Part shown: in pieces, positions 33,629-44,103 of the stretch
How the letters are laid out: every line of letters starts with the position of its first letter
Position numbering within the stretch: the first letter of the stretch is position 1
Assembly (NCBI GenBank): GCA_042218325.1
Contig: JBDGRE010000006.1
Coordinates: 1-56,532 of the forward strand
DNA length: 56,532 nt
Reading direction: 5' to 3'
DNA from: Candidatus Nanohaloarchaea archaeon
Lineage (GTDB): Archaea; Nanohalarchaeota; Nanosalinia; Nanosalinales; Nanosalinaceae
Made by a program: the position numbers and the translations under genes
Notes under the pieces: model-generated
What the model saw: the letters and a program-made list of their open reading frames with translations, nothing else
Told to the model about the DNA's origin: nothing
Databases searched by the model: none

Positions 33629-34674
33629 TCAGAAAGAGGAGAGAGCAGTTTGCCTGTCAGTATCCACCAGGCCGGAGACCCTTATACCGACCCTTCTCAG
33701 GACCGGTTCTTCACGTGCCATGAGTTCGTCGAACAAGTGTTCTGCCTCGCTGAAGAGCGGGGGCCGGGCCGGGAAGTCTTGACCGAACGCGACCGGGTTT
33801 ACTCCTGCATACCGGTGTCTATGGCGGTTATACCGATCCGTGTGAAAGCCAGGTCCTTCTCTTCGAGACGTTGCACCAGTTCGTGGCATGCGCGGGAGAG
33901 CTCGCTGCTGACGTACCCGAAATCTGACGAGTCGTGTTCCATAGTCACTATACGGGATACCTGCTTCCTGCCGTCCTCCCGGAGGTCGTTTGAACCTTCC
34001 CCTCTCGCCTTCGCCTTCAACGATTCCGCCCCGTTCTTGCCAACTTCGTCGACGAGAAGCGCGCTGTTGGCCTTGCCCAGCTCCCTGACCGTCTCTATTC
34101 CAAGCTCGAGGAGTTTCTGCTCCATCTTGTCGCCGACGCCGTGGATATCTCCAACTGGTTTGTCCGCGAGGAACTCCCCGGCATCGCTGGCCTCCACCTT
34201 TGTCAGGCCGTCAGGCTTGTCTTCCTCGGACGCCATCTTCGCAACGAACCTGTTGGGCCCGATGCCTATGGAGGATGAAAGGCCGAGCGCTTCTATATCC
34301 GACTTTATCTTCTTCGTTGTCACTACCGGTTCTTTTTCTATCCTGAAGAACGCCTCGTCGATGCTGTACTGCTGTACCTCCGGTGAACGGTTACGGAGGA
34401 CTGAAAGCACTCTATCCGAGATATCCCTGTAGTAGTCATGGTCTACCGGCAGGAAGACTGTTTCCGGGTTCGCCCGGGCCTTCGCCTCCTGCAGCGGCAT
34501 GGCCGACGATATACCGAGTTCACGGGCCATGTAGTCGCAGGTGGATACAGCCCCGGAGCTGCCACCTCTCGTATATACGCACACGACGACCGGTTTGTCC
34601 TCAAGTTCCGGGTCTCTAAGTTCCTCGCATCTTGCGAAAAAAGCCTCGAGGTCCACGTGGCCTATCCAGCTCAT
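33629..34674 (-). pseudogene. dinB: Y-family DNA polymerase IV, interrupted
   Basis: HVDLEAFFA, SIDEAF, AKMAS; TAA at 33799-33801 just before TRSRS, then a frameshift before LRRVGIRVS and PIP QTALSSF. Confidence 0.88.
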
Positions 34675-34732
34675 GGAGAAAGCGTCAAGTACCAGTTATA
34701 ATGCAGTATCCGGCGGGTTTCCGCGGCTTCCG

Positions 34733-35266
34733 CTAGTATCTTTCCGCGTGCTCCAAGACCTGCTCACAGAACTTCTCGAAACGCCCCCGGTAGTTCTCGT
34801 CGATTATGTCGCCGTCGCTGGAGAACACGTCGCCCACGTTCGATACAGCGAGCGACGGACCCACTATGCTGCCGACCTCTATAAGGATGTTCTCAAGGTG
34901 CATCTGGGCCCTTACTCCGCCGAAGCCCCCACCAGAAACCGTCACAGAGGCGAACGGCTTGTCCTCGTATTCAGGGTAGAGGTAGTCGAACAGGTTCTTC
35001 AGCGCGCCGGTTATAGAGTGGTTGTACTCGGGCGTTACCAGGACGACACAGTCTGCTTCCTCTACCTTCCTGCCGTACTCCTCCACATCTTCCGGGACTT
35101 CACCGGAGTCGCCGTATCGGGTGTGCTCCATCATCGGCACATCCCTCTGCTTCAGGTCGAAAAGCTCCGCGTCGTGCTCCTCGTCAAGTATACTGGTCAC
35201 GTGGCGCGCCGCGTGTATGCTCTTCCGGCCTTCCCGGACCGTACCCTCCACGACCAGGAAATCCAT
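34733..35266 (-). CDS. NADPH-dependent FMN reductase
   Basis: GTVREGRKS, TPEYNHS..GALKN, SGGGFGG. Confidence 0.9.
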   Translation of the reverse strand: MDFLVVEGTVREGRKSIHAARHVTSILDEEHDAELFDLKQRDVPMMEHTRYGDSGEVPEDVEEYGRKVEEADCVVLVTPEYNHSITGALKNLFDYLYPEYEDKPFASVTVSGGGFGGVRAQMHLENILIEVGSIVGPSLAVSNVGDVFSSDGDIIDENYRGRFEKFCEQVLEHAERY

Positions 35267-35270
35267 CTTT

Positions 35271-35510
35271 TTACTCCTGCTCCTGCAGGTAGTCCGCGAC
35301 TTCCTGGTTTATGTCGCTGACAGAAAAATCTTCCTCGTCCAGATCGAAAACTACCTCGCTCTCGATAGAAATCCTGAGAACCCCTCCTTCCGAGGGAACA
35401 AGCTCCAGCTTCTCGAAGCTCTCTCCGTGCTCCGCAAGTATCTCGCGGGCGGCCTCGACAGCCTTGTCGAGGTGTCCGCATTCGGTGCAGTAATCGATGG
35501 TCACGTCCAC
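35271..35510 (-). CDS. Rdx (SelT/SelW/SelH) family protein
   Basis: IDYCTECG, LVPSEGG. Confidence 0.85.
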   Translation of the reverse strand: MDVTIDYCTECGHLDKAVEAAREILAEHGESFEKLELVPSEGGVLRISIESEVVFDLDEEDFSVSDINQEVADYLQEQE

Positions 35511-35514
35511 GGCG

Positions 35515-36132
35515 TTACTCCTCCGTTGTCTCGGGCTGGAAATCCTCTATCTCGTAGTCGAAATCTTCTCCCTTCTCCCCGGCCATCTGCTGCGCAAGCA
35601 GGTAGAAGACCATGCCGAGAGCGTTACAGCTCTTGTTGTTCGCCGGCACCGCAAGATCGACGTCCTCGAGGGAGTTCGCCGAGTCAGCGATGGCGACGAC
35701 AGGTATCCGTGCATCGACGGCCTCGTCGATGGCCTGGCCGTCCTCCTCCGGGTCGGAGACGACTATGACCTCCGGCTCAACGAAGTCGTCGGACCGCGGG
35801 TTGGTAAGCGTTCCCGGCGTGAAACGGCCCGCGTTCCTCTCGGCACCTGTGACATCCGTGAACTTTACGAGAGGCAGCTCTGCCTCCGGTTTCCGCGCGA
35901 CGACGAGGATGTCCTCCGGCTCGTAGCCAGCGAGGAACTTCGCGGCATCTCTTATCCTTTCATCGGTCTTCTCGAGGTTGAGGACCGAAAGCTGGTTCTT
36001 CTTTACGTGAAATATGTATTTCTCCATGTCCTTGTGCTGGGCTTTCGTACCGATATGCACTCCGTTCGATAGGTATTTCTCGCGGTCGACGAGAAGTTCT
36101 TTCTGCTGTTGTTCGGCCATATATCTTGTCAT
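35515..36132 (-). CDS. rps2: 30S ribosomal protein S2
   Basis: YLSNGVHIGT, GRFTPGTLTNP, PANNK; start is 36132 or 36120. Confidence 0.95.
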   Translation of the reverse strand: MTRYMAEQQQKELLVDREKYLSNGVHIGTKAQHKDMEKYIFHVKKNQLSVLNLEKTDERIRDAAKFLAGYEPEDILVVARKPEAELPLVKFTDVTGAERNAGRFTPGTLTNPRSDDFVEPEVIVVSDPEEDGQAIDEAVDARIPVVAIADSANSLEDVDLAVPANNKSCNALGMVFYLLAQQMAGEKGEDFDYEIEDFQPETTEE

Positions 36133-36208
36133 TGATGAACAAGTATTAAATAAGGAATATCCGGGGCCCGAGAAGATATTAAATACGGGCAGCGGCAAGC
36201 AGTAAGGT

Positions 36209-36445
36209 ATGAGCACCGAAGGACTTCTACAGTGGAAAGAGGACGACAGGGAGACCGTAGATATGATACAGGAACACCTTACACCCGGCGGAAACAGCTA
36301 CGACACCATCTCCAGCCTGGATGACAACGACGTCTACTTCCTCCCGGAAGATGGGACCGTGGAGGTCGAGGCGGACAAGGCCATCGTGGAGTACAGGAGC
36401 TGGGAAGAGTTCCGCCAGGACCTCAGGGGCTACGACGGTCAGTAA
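36209..36445 (+). CDS. Orphan hypothetical protein
   Basis: 78-aa acidic ORF with TATA-like sequence upstream. Confidence 0.6.
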   Translation: MSTEGLLQWKEDDRETVDMIQEHLTPGGNSYDTISSLDDNDVYFLPEDGTVEVEADKAIVEYRSWEEFRQDLRGYDGQ

Positions 36446-37560
36446 CCGTCGTTCATCTTCCCGCCCTGCTGGTCCCAGAGCCTTATGAGCCTGTTAAGCT
36501 TCGCGATACGTATATCCGCGATACCGGCCTTGATGAATGGCGCCTCCCATTCAAGAGCGAGGTCGCTGATGGTCGCGTCACACGTCTCGCCGGAGCGGTG
36601 GGATACCACAGGAACGTAATCCTCCTGCTGCGCCAGCTCCACGGTTTCTCGGGCCCGGGAAACCGTCCCTATCTGGTTCGGCTTGACTATCAAAGAGTTG
36701 CACGCACCTTTCTCGATACCGTCCTGCAGGCGCTCGTGGTTGGTGGCGAACAGGTCGTCGCCGCAGACCAGCACGTCAGGGTTCTTCGAGGTCAGCTTCG
36801 CGTGCAGCTCGAAGTCCTCCTCGTCGAACGGGTCTTCCACGTAAAGAAGGTCGAACTCGTCTATCAGCTTCTGGACGAACTCCAGCATCTCGTCACCCGA
36901 GAAAGTTTCATGCATCGACGAAAGATGGTACTTCCCGTCCTCGTAGAACTCGGAGGCGGCGAGGTCGAGACCCAGGCGGGCGCCGTGGTCGTCCGCCACC
37001 TTCTTCACCGCCTTCAGGGTCTGCTCGTCGTCCATCGACGTTATCAGCGCGCCCTCGTCGTTTATGCCCTGTACCTTCCTGGAGTACCTTTCCTTCAGCT
37101 CCCGGTAGATCTCGGCGTTCGTCTCCACGGCCTCCGGGAAGCTTTCCGCCTCGACCGGGATGACCAGGAACTCCTGTATCGCCGTGTTGCCGCCGTGCTC
37201 GCCGCCGCCCACCACGTTCGACAGCGGGTACGGGAACTTGCTGCCGTGGTCGAAGCCGAAGGCGTTCTTGAACGCGAAGCTCGCCGCGATGGATGCGGCC
37301 CCGATACGCGAGAAGTCCGCGGTACCATCCAACTCTTCCAGCTTTTCGTCGAACTCCTGCTGCGACAGGTCGTCGCCGACCAGCTTCCCGAGCAGCTCCC
37401 CGGCGGCGTCGAGATGCTCCGGCACGGAGCAGTCCACCTCGTACTTTCCTGTGGAGGCGCCAGACGGCGCCTTGCCGTAGCTTCCGTTTATCTCCGCTTC
37501 CAATGTCGGGTTTGTGCGTGAGTCGATTATCTCCCGTAGATGAAGGGATACTATCTTCAT
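36439..37560 (-). CDS. eno: Enolase
   Basis: PSGASTG, DLAASEF, EDPF, GDDL, KPNQIG, SHRSGET. Confidence 0.95.
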   Translation of the reverse strand: MKIVSLHLREIIDSRTNPTLEAEINGSYGKAPSGASTGKYEVDCSVPEHLDAAGELLGKLVGDDLSQQEFDEKLEELDGTADFSRIGAASIAASFAFKNAFGFDHGSKFPYPLSNVVGGGEHGGNTAIQEFLVIPVEAESFPEAVETNAEIYRELKERYSRKVQGINDEGALITSMDDEQTLKAVKKVADDHGARLGLDLAASEFYEDGKYHLSSMHETFSGDEMLEFVQKLIDEFDLLYVEDPFDEEDFELHAKLTSKNPDVLVCGDDLFATNHERLQDGIEKGACNSLIVKPNQIGTVSRARETVELAQQEDYVPVVSHRSGETCDATISDLALEWEAPFIKAGIADIRIAKLNRLIRLWDQQGGKMNDGY

Positions 37561-37723
37561 GCCGGAAAAATGGCGTCGACTCGTTTAAACCAGCTTCGAT
37601 GGCCCGCGCAGTACGGATTTGTAATACAGTAAAGGATAAAAACTTCCTAAAAGCGGTTTTTGTAATACGAATGGATTACGGCACAGGAGCTGCACGGCGC
37701 AGGAAAAAGATAGAACAGGAGTG

Positions 37724-37891
37724 CTAGTTATCCTTGACGGTGATAGGCAGCTTGCCTTCCTCAAGCTCTCGCTTCGCGATATCTCTCGGGTCCTCGTCAC
37801 CGGCCTCTACGAAAACCGGCGCTCCCATCGCTATCTGGAGGCTCCTGGCGCCTATCATCCTTGCTCTCTCGTAACGCGTGTAGTTGGTCAT
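37724..37891 (-). CDS. rpoK: RNA polymerase subunit K (Rpo6)
   Basis: Own translation [27 protein letters not shown]. Confidence 0.95.
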   Translation of the reverse strand: MTNYTRYERARMIGARSLQIAMGAPVFVEAGDEDPRDIAKRELEEGKLPITVKDN

Positions 37892-37958
37892 TCTAAAATC
37901 ACCTCCTGATTTTCTGTATGCCCAGAAACTCTTTGAGTTTCGCTCATGTATCTTTACC

Positions 37959-38726
37959 TCATCCTATGTAGCCCAGCTCCTGTTGTGAAGTCTCCTGTTC
38001 CTGGCCCTGTGATTGTTGAAGGTTCTGAAGTTTTTTAAGTACTTCCTGTGATTCCTCGACTTTCTGGTCAAGCTCGGTGTAGTCCAGCTCGAGGTCCAGC
38101 ATATCCTCCATTACGTTGAGCACGGCCTCTGTAGCCTTAGGGTCGCTGAGAAGGAAGCCCGGCGTCTCTCCCAGCAGGCAGATACCGTCGAAGCCCCGCT
38201 CCTCGCCGAGGCCTAGCAGGAGCCCTGAGGCGCCGACTATCTGGCCGACATCATGGTCGAACTCTATATCTTGGTCGCTATATTTCTCCCTGATGTCCGT
38301 GGAGCTGACCGCCCCGAAGACATCCGGTTCCTCGACCACGTCGCCGGTGCCGTAGCCGCCTATCGTGAGTATCTCCGATGCGCAGGAGTCCTCGACGAGT
38401 TCGAGTATCTTCTCCGCGACCTCGAAGTGGCCTTCCGGTGTCTGGGCCTGCGCGTTGCCCTCTATGATGAGCAGGTCGCGGCCTTCATCCCGGCTGAGCT
38501 CGTAGATGTTGTTTTTCAGGAGATCGACAGTCTTGTCGTCTTTGATTATGGTGTAGGGCGGGAAGTGATGGGAGTAAAGCTCTCCGATCTTGTCCGCGTC
38601 CAGGTGATCTGCGAGGTAGCTGACGCAGGTCTTGCCTATGTGTCCGATGCCTGCGAGCCCCTCTATGAATACCGGGTTTTCGACTTCCGGTTCTCTTTCA
38701 AGTTCTATCTTCGTTGTTTCCATCAT
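37959..38726 (-). CDS. Proteasome assembly chaperone (PAC2) family
   Basis: [31 protein letters not shown]; eIF2a-nop10-PAC2 synteny. Confidence 0.9.
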   Translation of the reverse strand: MMETTKIELEREPEVENPVFIEGLAGIGHIGKTCVSYLADHLDADKIGELYSHHFPPYTIIKDDKTVDLLKNNIYELSRDEGRDLLIIEGNAQAQTPEGHFEVAEKILELVEDSCASEILTIGGYGTGDVVEEPDVFGAVSSTDIREKYSDQDIEFDHDVGQIVGASGLLLGLGEERGFDGICLLGETPGFLLSDPKATEAVLNVMEDMLDLELDYTELDQKVEESQEVLKKLQNLQQSQGQEQETSQQELGYIG

Positions 38727-38869
38727 CCTTCGACCTCTTCTCTTGTCCTACGCCGGTACTCGCCGTACCTGTCCGGGAACGAGAACTTCGGCGGCCGGGC
38801 GAGCCGGGTCTCGACGCAGTGTTCGTCCTTCAACGTGTAACTGTTGCACTCTGGACACTTTTTAATCAA
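38723..38869 (-). CDS. nop10: Nop10
   Basis: Own translation from TTG: MIKKCPECNSYTL..PPKFSFPDRYGEYRR. Confidence 0.9.
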   Translation of the reverse strand: MIKKCPECNSYTLKDEHCVETRLARPPKFSFPDRYGEYRRRTREEVEG

Positions 38870-38880
38870 GGGTTCCCACC

Positions 38881-39636
38881 TCAGGCCCTCGAGAACTCGA
38901 AATCGCCGGCCTCATCCTCTACCCTTTCACGCAGGATCTCGACGGCGTCGTCCATCCTTTTCTTGGCGAGCCTCGAGTTGCGGCCCCACGCTGTTATCGA
39001 GTACTCGGGCGCGGAGACGTACTTGACCTCGACGCCTTCCGGGACGTTCTCGAACACCTTCTTCAGGCGCTGGACACCGTCTCCCTGCGGGAACGAGACC
39101 TCGAGTTCGCCCTCCAGTTTTTCCTGGCGGAGGTTGATGTTCTCTTTCGCGACCTCCTGTACCGCCTCCACTATCTCGTCGTCGAGCATATCCTTCAGCT
39201 TTTCCTCCTCTCCGACCGCTATCTCGAAGCCGGTGAAAGAGGACTCGAATTCTCGCTGCAGCGGGAACACGACCTCCTCGTACAGGTCTTCCTTGTCTTC
39301 GTCAAGTATCTCTGCGAGGTAGTCGAGGAACTCTTCCGCCTTTTTCTCCCGGTTCCAGCGGGACATGGTTTCCTTCTTCTGGTTATCGTTCACGCGCTTC
39401 AGCGACAGGTCGACCGGGTCGCTTCCGGCGTCTATGACCTGAGCCACGGTCTTCTCTCCCTCTCCGAGCTCCTTTGTCAGATCCTGGACCCATGAGCGGG
39501 AGACCTCGGATATGTGTATAAGACCTTTCTGGTCCTTGTACTCCTCTAGTTCGGCATAGGCGGAGTTCTCGTCGACGTCTGTTATCGTGACCACGACGAA
39601 GTCTCCTTCCTCGGGCCTGTCCTTGTACCAGCGCAT
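38881..39636 (-). CDS. eif2a: Translation initiation factor 2 alpha
   Basis: S1 domain PEEGDFVV, LIHISEVS, DLSLKRV; YVSAPEY. Confidence 0.93.
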   Translation of the reverse strand: MRWYKDRPEEGDFVVVTITDVDENSAYAELEEYKDQKGLIHISEVSRSWVQDLTKELGEGEKTVAQVIDAGSDPVDLSLKRVNDNQKKETMSRWNREKKAEEFLDYLAEILDEDKEDLYEEVVFPLQREFESSFTGFEIAVGEEEKLKDMLDDEIVEAVQEVAKENINLRQEKLEGELEVSFPQGDGVQRLKKVFENVPEGVEVKYVSAPEYSITAWGRNSRLAKKRMDDAVEILRERVEDEAGDFEFSRA

Positions 39637-39672
39637 ATCGTGAAACAGAAAAGTGAGCTTTAAAAGCGAAAC

Positions 39673-40224
39673 TCAGCTCATCAGCGGCAGAAGGGCGGGC
39701 GCGACGTACATGAAGACCGCGAAGTTGAACAGCACGTTCGTGACCGCGTAGGGCAGGTAACGGGAAAGGTTGCCGGACGCCATCAAAGATGTGAGTGCGG
39801 CGAAGACCCCCTGCATGCCGGCTGTCAGCCCGAAACCGAGGGTGAAGATGCCCGCACCAGATAAACTGCCGGCGATGAAACCCGCTATACCGTAGGAGGG
39901 TATCACCCAGATGATGTAGCTCCCGGTGTACTGCCCGGCTGTCACCTGAAGCATTATCACCGCCAGCCCCACAACAGCGCCTACCACCGGGCCGTAAGTC
40001 ACCGCTATAAGTATCGTGGAGAGCGTGGCCAGCTCGACGCCGACCTGCTTCATGTTAAGCTTGTTCATCATGAAAGCGGTTACTGCCGTCCCTACCACGA
40101 GGGCGGCTGTCACGACGTAGCTCGTGAAGTACAGGGCCGCGACCGCGGCAGCGGCTATCGCTACAAGCGGACGGTATACCTTCGGCTGCGTGAAAACATC
40201 TTTCAGGTTCTGCAGCCTCTCCAT
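39673..40224 (-). CDS. Membrane protein, ECF S-component-like; paralog of 22563-23168
   Basis: YGPVVGA, WVIPSY, TNVLFN. Confidence 0.7.
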   Translation of the reverse strand: MERLQNLKDVFTQPKVYRPLVAIAAAAVAALYFTSYVVTAALVVGTAVTAFMMNKLNMKQVGVELATLSTILIAVTYGPVVGAVVGLAVIMLQVTAGQYTGSYIIWVIPSYGIAGFIAGSLSGAGIFTLGFGLTAGMQGVFAALTSLMASGNLSRYLPYAVTNVLFNFAVFMYVAPALLPLMS

Positions 40225-40255
40225 GCTGGAAAATTCGTGAAGAACGCCTAAAAAC

Positions 40256-40429
40256 TTATTCCGGGCTGAGCTCTTCTACTATATCGGCCTGGATTTCGAC
40301 TTCGCCGCCTGTCGGCTTCGCGAGAGGTTCTCCGCAGACGAGGCATTCGGCCTCGCTCGATGCGCGGGAGAAAATCTTCTGCTCATTGCCGCACTCCTGG
40401 CACTCCACCCTGTAGAATTCACGCGCCAT
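40256..40429 (-). CDS. rps27e: 30S ribosomal protein S27e
   Basis: Own translation FYRVECQECGNEQKIF..CLVCG..LAKPTGG. Confidence 0.93.
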   Translation of the reverse strand: MAREFYRVECQECGNEQKIFSRASSEAECLVCGEPLAKPTGGEVEIQADIVEELSPE

Positions 40430-40434
40430 CTATA

Positions 40435-40737
40435 CTACCTCTCTATCTCTAGGCTTGCCGCCCTGAGCGGTTCGCTTGGCTTGTTGGATTTGCCGCACTC
40501 CTTGCACGTGAACTGGAGGTCCTTCTTCTCCGAGGTCGGGTTCTTTCTACCGCGGGACCTTATCGCAGGGTTCTCGAAGGGGAACGAGCCGTAGCCCTTG
40601 TCGACCTTTCTCTGCCGCTTCCTGTGCTTCTTCTTGAACGGAGAGGGAGAACGGTTAGTGACTTCCTTGACTGTCTGCTCCGTGTGAGCGTCGCAGTTCG
40701 GGCAGTAACGGTTCTGCTCTTTTGGAATCTTGACCAT
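40435..40737 (-). CDS. rpl44e: 50S ribosomal protein L44e
   Basis: MVKIPK..YCPNC..HT, KKDL.F.CKECGK; start reassigned. Confidence 0.92.
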   Translation of the reverse strand: MVKIPKEQNRYCPNCDAHTEQTVKEVTNRSPSPFKKKHRKRQRKVDKGYGSFPFENPAIRSRGRKNPTSEKKDLQFTCKECGKSNKPSEPLRAASLEIER

Positions 40738-40774
40738 ACTTTTCTCCTCGGGCTTTAACTTTAAAAGAGGTGAC

Positions 40775-41410
40775 CTACCCCGGGACCACGTCGGTACCGG
40801 GCGCGTCCTCCGGGTTCTTGAGGTTCTCCAGGCTGCCCTCAAAGATGCGCGCCGGTATGCTGGAGCGTTTCGCTATCTTGACCGCGGTCTCGTCCATCAG
40901 TTCGTAGCTGCCGGGCTCGTAGTCGCCGCCGACTATCTGCATAAGCCGGTCGTGCGAGACCCTGTCGAGCTTCTCCGCCTCCGGATCTTCGGGGTGAGCG
41001 GTGTAGACCCCGTCGACCGTGGTCGCGACGTATAGCTCGGCGTCGAGAAGTTCGGCGGCGGTGGCGGCGACCGCGTCGGTGGAGTAGCCGGGAACCATTC
41101 CGCCCATGACCACGTCTCTGCCTGACTCTGCGGCCACCTGTATCTCTTCCGGCGTCTCCGGGACCTCTGGATACGCGTCCATCGCCGTGAGCAGGGTCTG
41201 TGCGTTAAGTCTCGTGGCTTTTACGCCGACGAGGTCGCGCTCGCCCTTGTTCGCCAGGCCTTCCAGAGCGTCCTGGTGCTGGCTTAGGTCGCCGGCACCG
41301 GTAACGACGAGGACCTGTTCCTCGCCCTGGAGCGCTCCCGCCAGTTCCTCTATGCTGTCGAGGTTTTCCCGTACTATCGAGCCGCCTATAGAGTAGACTT
41401 TCGATACCAT
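40775..41410 (-). CDS. pyrH: UMP kinase
   Basis: SIGGS, MGGMVPGYSTDAVA, VDGVY. Confidence 0.9.
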   Translation of the reverse strand: MVSKVYSIGGSIVRENLDSIEELAGALQGEEQVLVVTGAGDLSQHQDALEGLANKGERDLVGVKATRLNAQTLLTAMDAYPEVPETPEEIQVAAESGRDVVMGGMVPGYSTDAVAATAAELLDAELYVATTVDGVYTAHPEDPEAEKLDRVSHDRLMQIVGGDYEPGSYELMDETAVKIAKRSSIPARIFEGSLENLKNPEDAPGTDVVPG

Positions 41411-41982
41411 TATCCTTTCCTCCTCTCCGCACTGCCCCTGTTCACGAGTATCTCGGCGTTTTCCTCCGGTATCTCGACCTCGTCGCCCTCGTCGAACGGG
41501 CCATACTCCTCGAGGTCGGTTCCCATGAACTCTGGCACGTGTGAAGTTATCTCTATAGATTCATAACCTTCCGCCCCGTCGTCCTCTTCTATCTCCTCGG
41601 CTTCCTCCGCGTCGACCGTTTCCTCGGGCTCGTAGCTTCCGCCGCCGTTGACCTCGCCGTCGATGGAGTCGCGGTGCTCCTCGAAGACCGACTTGAGTTC
41701 ACGGTACAGCTCCTGCTCCCGCGGCAGCATGTCCAGCTCGCCAGGGTTCACATCAGACTTGATGGAGAGCCTGGCGTTCTTGACTATCTTGTCCTCCCGG
41801 AGCGAGATTATCTTGTCGAATATCCTCCGGGCATTACGGTACTCCCGGTCGTCCACTCCGTCGATGCGGTCGAGGTAGTCTCCCACCCGCAGAAGGAACT
41901 TGTCGTCCAGCTCCGACAGTTCGTCGGTCCGGGCCTCCTCCTTCTGTATCTTCCGGAGCCCCGAAAAGTTCAACTCCTCCAT
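41410..41982 (-). CDS. GINS subunit (Gins51-type)
   Basis: REDKIV, PEFMG.D..EYGPF..GD.V.IP.ENAEILV. Confidence 0.85.
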   Translation of the reverse strand: MEELNFSGLRKIQKEEARTDELSELDDKFLLRVGDYLDRIDGVDDREYRNARRIFDKIISLREDKIVKNARLSIKSDVNPGELDMLPREQELYRELKSVFEEHRDSIDGEVNGGGSYEPEETVDAEEAEEIEEDDGAEGYESIEITSHVPEFMGTDLEEYGPFDEGDEVEIPEENAEILVNRGSAERRKG

Positions 41983-42168
41983 AGAGCAATTTGGTGCTGA
42001 AAGATTTTTATCCGGGCCGGCTTCAGGTTCCGGCGCTGCCGTGAGGTACGGCAGTGGTGGGCTACAGGTAAGTTTGTTAAGTCGGGGACGAGAAGTAGAG
42101 GTATGGAGATAGAGTTCGACCCTGTAGGAGGTAAGGACGCGGACTTCAACAGGAAGCGGGATATCAGC

Positions 42169-44040
42169 CTATTCTCGTTCCTCTAGGAAGTACTCGGATA
42201 CCTCCTCGGTTTCGCCGGCCTGTACTTTCCATAGCTTGGCGTAGATGCCGTCTTCTTCCAGTAGCTGCCTGTGGTCGCCTCTCTCGACTATCCTGCCGTC
42301 GTCCAGCACTATTATCTGGTCGGCGTCCTTGATGGTTGAGAGCCTGTGGGCTATCGCGAGCACCGTCCTGTCCCTGATGAGTTCTTCTACGCCTGTCTGT
42401 ATCTTTATCTCGGTCTCGGTGTCGACGTCGCTGGTGGCCTCGTCCAGTATAAGGATATCCGGGTCCTGGAGTATCGCCCTTGCTATACCTATCCTCTGCC
42501 TCTGGCCTCCCGAGAGCTTGACGCCGTCCTCTCCCACCTCGGACTCGTATCCGTTGGGCAGGTCCTGGATGAACCCGTGGGCCTGTGCGGACTTTGCGGC
42601 CTCTACAACTTCCTCCCGGGACGCCTCCGGCGCGGCGTACGATATGTTTTCCTCCACGGTCTCCGGGAACAGAACAGTGTCCTGGCTGACGTATCCAATA
42701 GACTCCCTGAGGCTCTCGAGGTTCACGTCGCGGATGTCCTGTCCGTCTATCCGTATCTCTCCCTTGTCGATTTCGTAGAAACGGAGCAGCAGCTTTACCA
42801 CCGTTGACTTGCCGGCTCCTGTCGGCCCTGCAAGAGCCAGCGTCTCCTCCGGCTCGATGGTGAAGTCGAGGTCCTCGACCACCGGTTCCTCGTCGTAACC
42901 GAAGCTCACGGAGTCGTACTCCACCCTTGCATCAGTGACATCCAGCTTGGGCTTGTCCTCTCCTTCCTCCTCTCTCTGTGACTGATCCATGAGGCCGAAT
43001 ACCCGTTCGGCGGAGGCGTAGGCCTCCTGGTACATGTTGACGAAGTCCCCGAAGTTTGCCATCGGCCATATGAACTCCTGTGTCAGCAGCATGAAGGTCA
43101 CGAACTCCCCGACCGTCAGCGTCCCGGTAAAGAAGAATGGAGCCTGCTCGTTTATCACCCAGTACCCGCCCACGACGAAGGTCAGTATGAAACCTGTCCC
43201 AGCGAGCAGCCGCATCCCGGGGTAGAACTTTATCCGTGTCTTGATGGCGTTCCAGTTGGTGTCGAAGTACTGCTGCGACATGTCCTCGACTTCCTGTCTC
43301 TCGAAGCTCTCCATGGTCGACGCCTTGATGACCTTGATGCCACTGAGGTTGTTCTCCAGTAGCGAGTTCAGCTTACCTACCGACGCCCTGACCTCGGAGT
43401 AGACCGGCTGGACGGTCCTGACGAACCAGTACGTGAAGACGGCTATCAGGGGCGCGGCCACGAGCGAGACCAGGGCCATCTGCCAGTTTATCGAGAACAG
43501 TATGATGGATATACCGACCATGGTGAAGACTATCCGGACGAAGACCGTCATCCCGCCGCTCAGGAACTCCTCCAGGTTGTTGACATCGTTGTTCAGGACG
43601 CTCATCAGCTCCCCGGAGGAATTGTTCTCGAAGAAGTCCATGTCCAAGCGCTGCATCGCGTCGTACGTGTCCACCCTCACATCGTGCTGTATCTTCTGCG
43701 CGAATGCGTTCAGTCCGTAACCCCTCACCCAGTTCAACGCCGCCTCCAGGACGAAAGAAGCCACTATCAGCCCGATTATGAGGCGGAACTGGCCGAGCCG
43801 CGTCCCCGGTATAAACCCGGAGATCAACGGGAGCGAAAGCGCCTTCGACCCGAAGATGGTGTCGATAGCTGTTCCGAAAAGGGTCGGCGGCACGAGACTC
43901 ACCAGGAAACCGGTGATACCGCCGAACAGTCCGACCGCCAGCAGGCCCTTCTTGGGCTCCCCGTAAGCCTCCAGAAGCCGGAGGATAGGATAACTTACAT
44001 CCTCCAGGTCAGTGTCTAGGTCCGGTTCCTGGTTCGCCAT
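42169..44040 (-). CDS. ABC exporter, fused permease/ATPase
   Basis: TMD plus GPTGAGKS, LSGGQRQR, LDEATS, IAHRLST. Confidence 0.93.
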   Translation of the reverse strand: MANQEPDLDTDLEDVSYPILRLLEAYGEPKKGLLAVGLFGGITGFLVSLVPPTLFGTAIDTIFGSKALSLPLISGFIPGTRLGQFRLIIGLIVASFVLEAALNWVRGYGLNAFAQKIQHDVRVDTYDAMQRLDMDFFENNSSGELMSVLNNDVNNLEEFLSGGMTVFVRIVFTMVGISIILFSINWQMALVSLVAAPLIAVFTYWFVRTVQPVYSEVRASVGKLNSLLENNLSGIKVIKASTMESFERQEVEDMSQQYFDTNWNAIKTRIKFYPGMRLLAGTGFILTFVVGGYWVINEQAPFFFTGTLTVGEFVTFMLLTQEFIWPMANFGDFVNMYQEAYASAERVFGLMDQSQREEEGEDKPKLDVTDARVEYDSVSFGYDEEPVVEDLDFTIEPEETLALAGPTGAGKSTVVKLLLRFYEIDKGEIRIDGQDIRDVNLESLRESIGYVSQDTVLFPETVEENISYAAPEASREEVVEAAKSAQAHGFIQDLPNGYESEVGEDGVKLSGGQRQRIGIARAILQDPDILILDEATSDVDTETEIKIQTGVEELIRDRTVLAIAHRLSTIKDADQIIVLDDGRIVERGDHRQLLEEDGIYAKLWKVQAGETEEVSEYFLEERE

Positions 44041-44103
44041 GAGGACAGTTTATACGCGCTGTTTGTAAATGTAGGCCGTTGACACGTTCTGGAGGAAGCA
44101 GGA

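Noticed and set aside
35271-35510. Selenoprotein (SelW-like)
   Set aside because: Motif is CxxC with no in-frame TGA.
42016-42055. Two short GC hairpins between the ABC exporter and GINS
   Set aside because: Single copy with no similarity to the repeat; probably a terminator or stabiliser, or chance.
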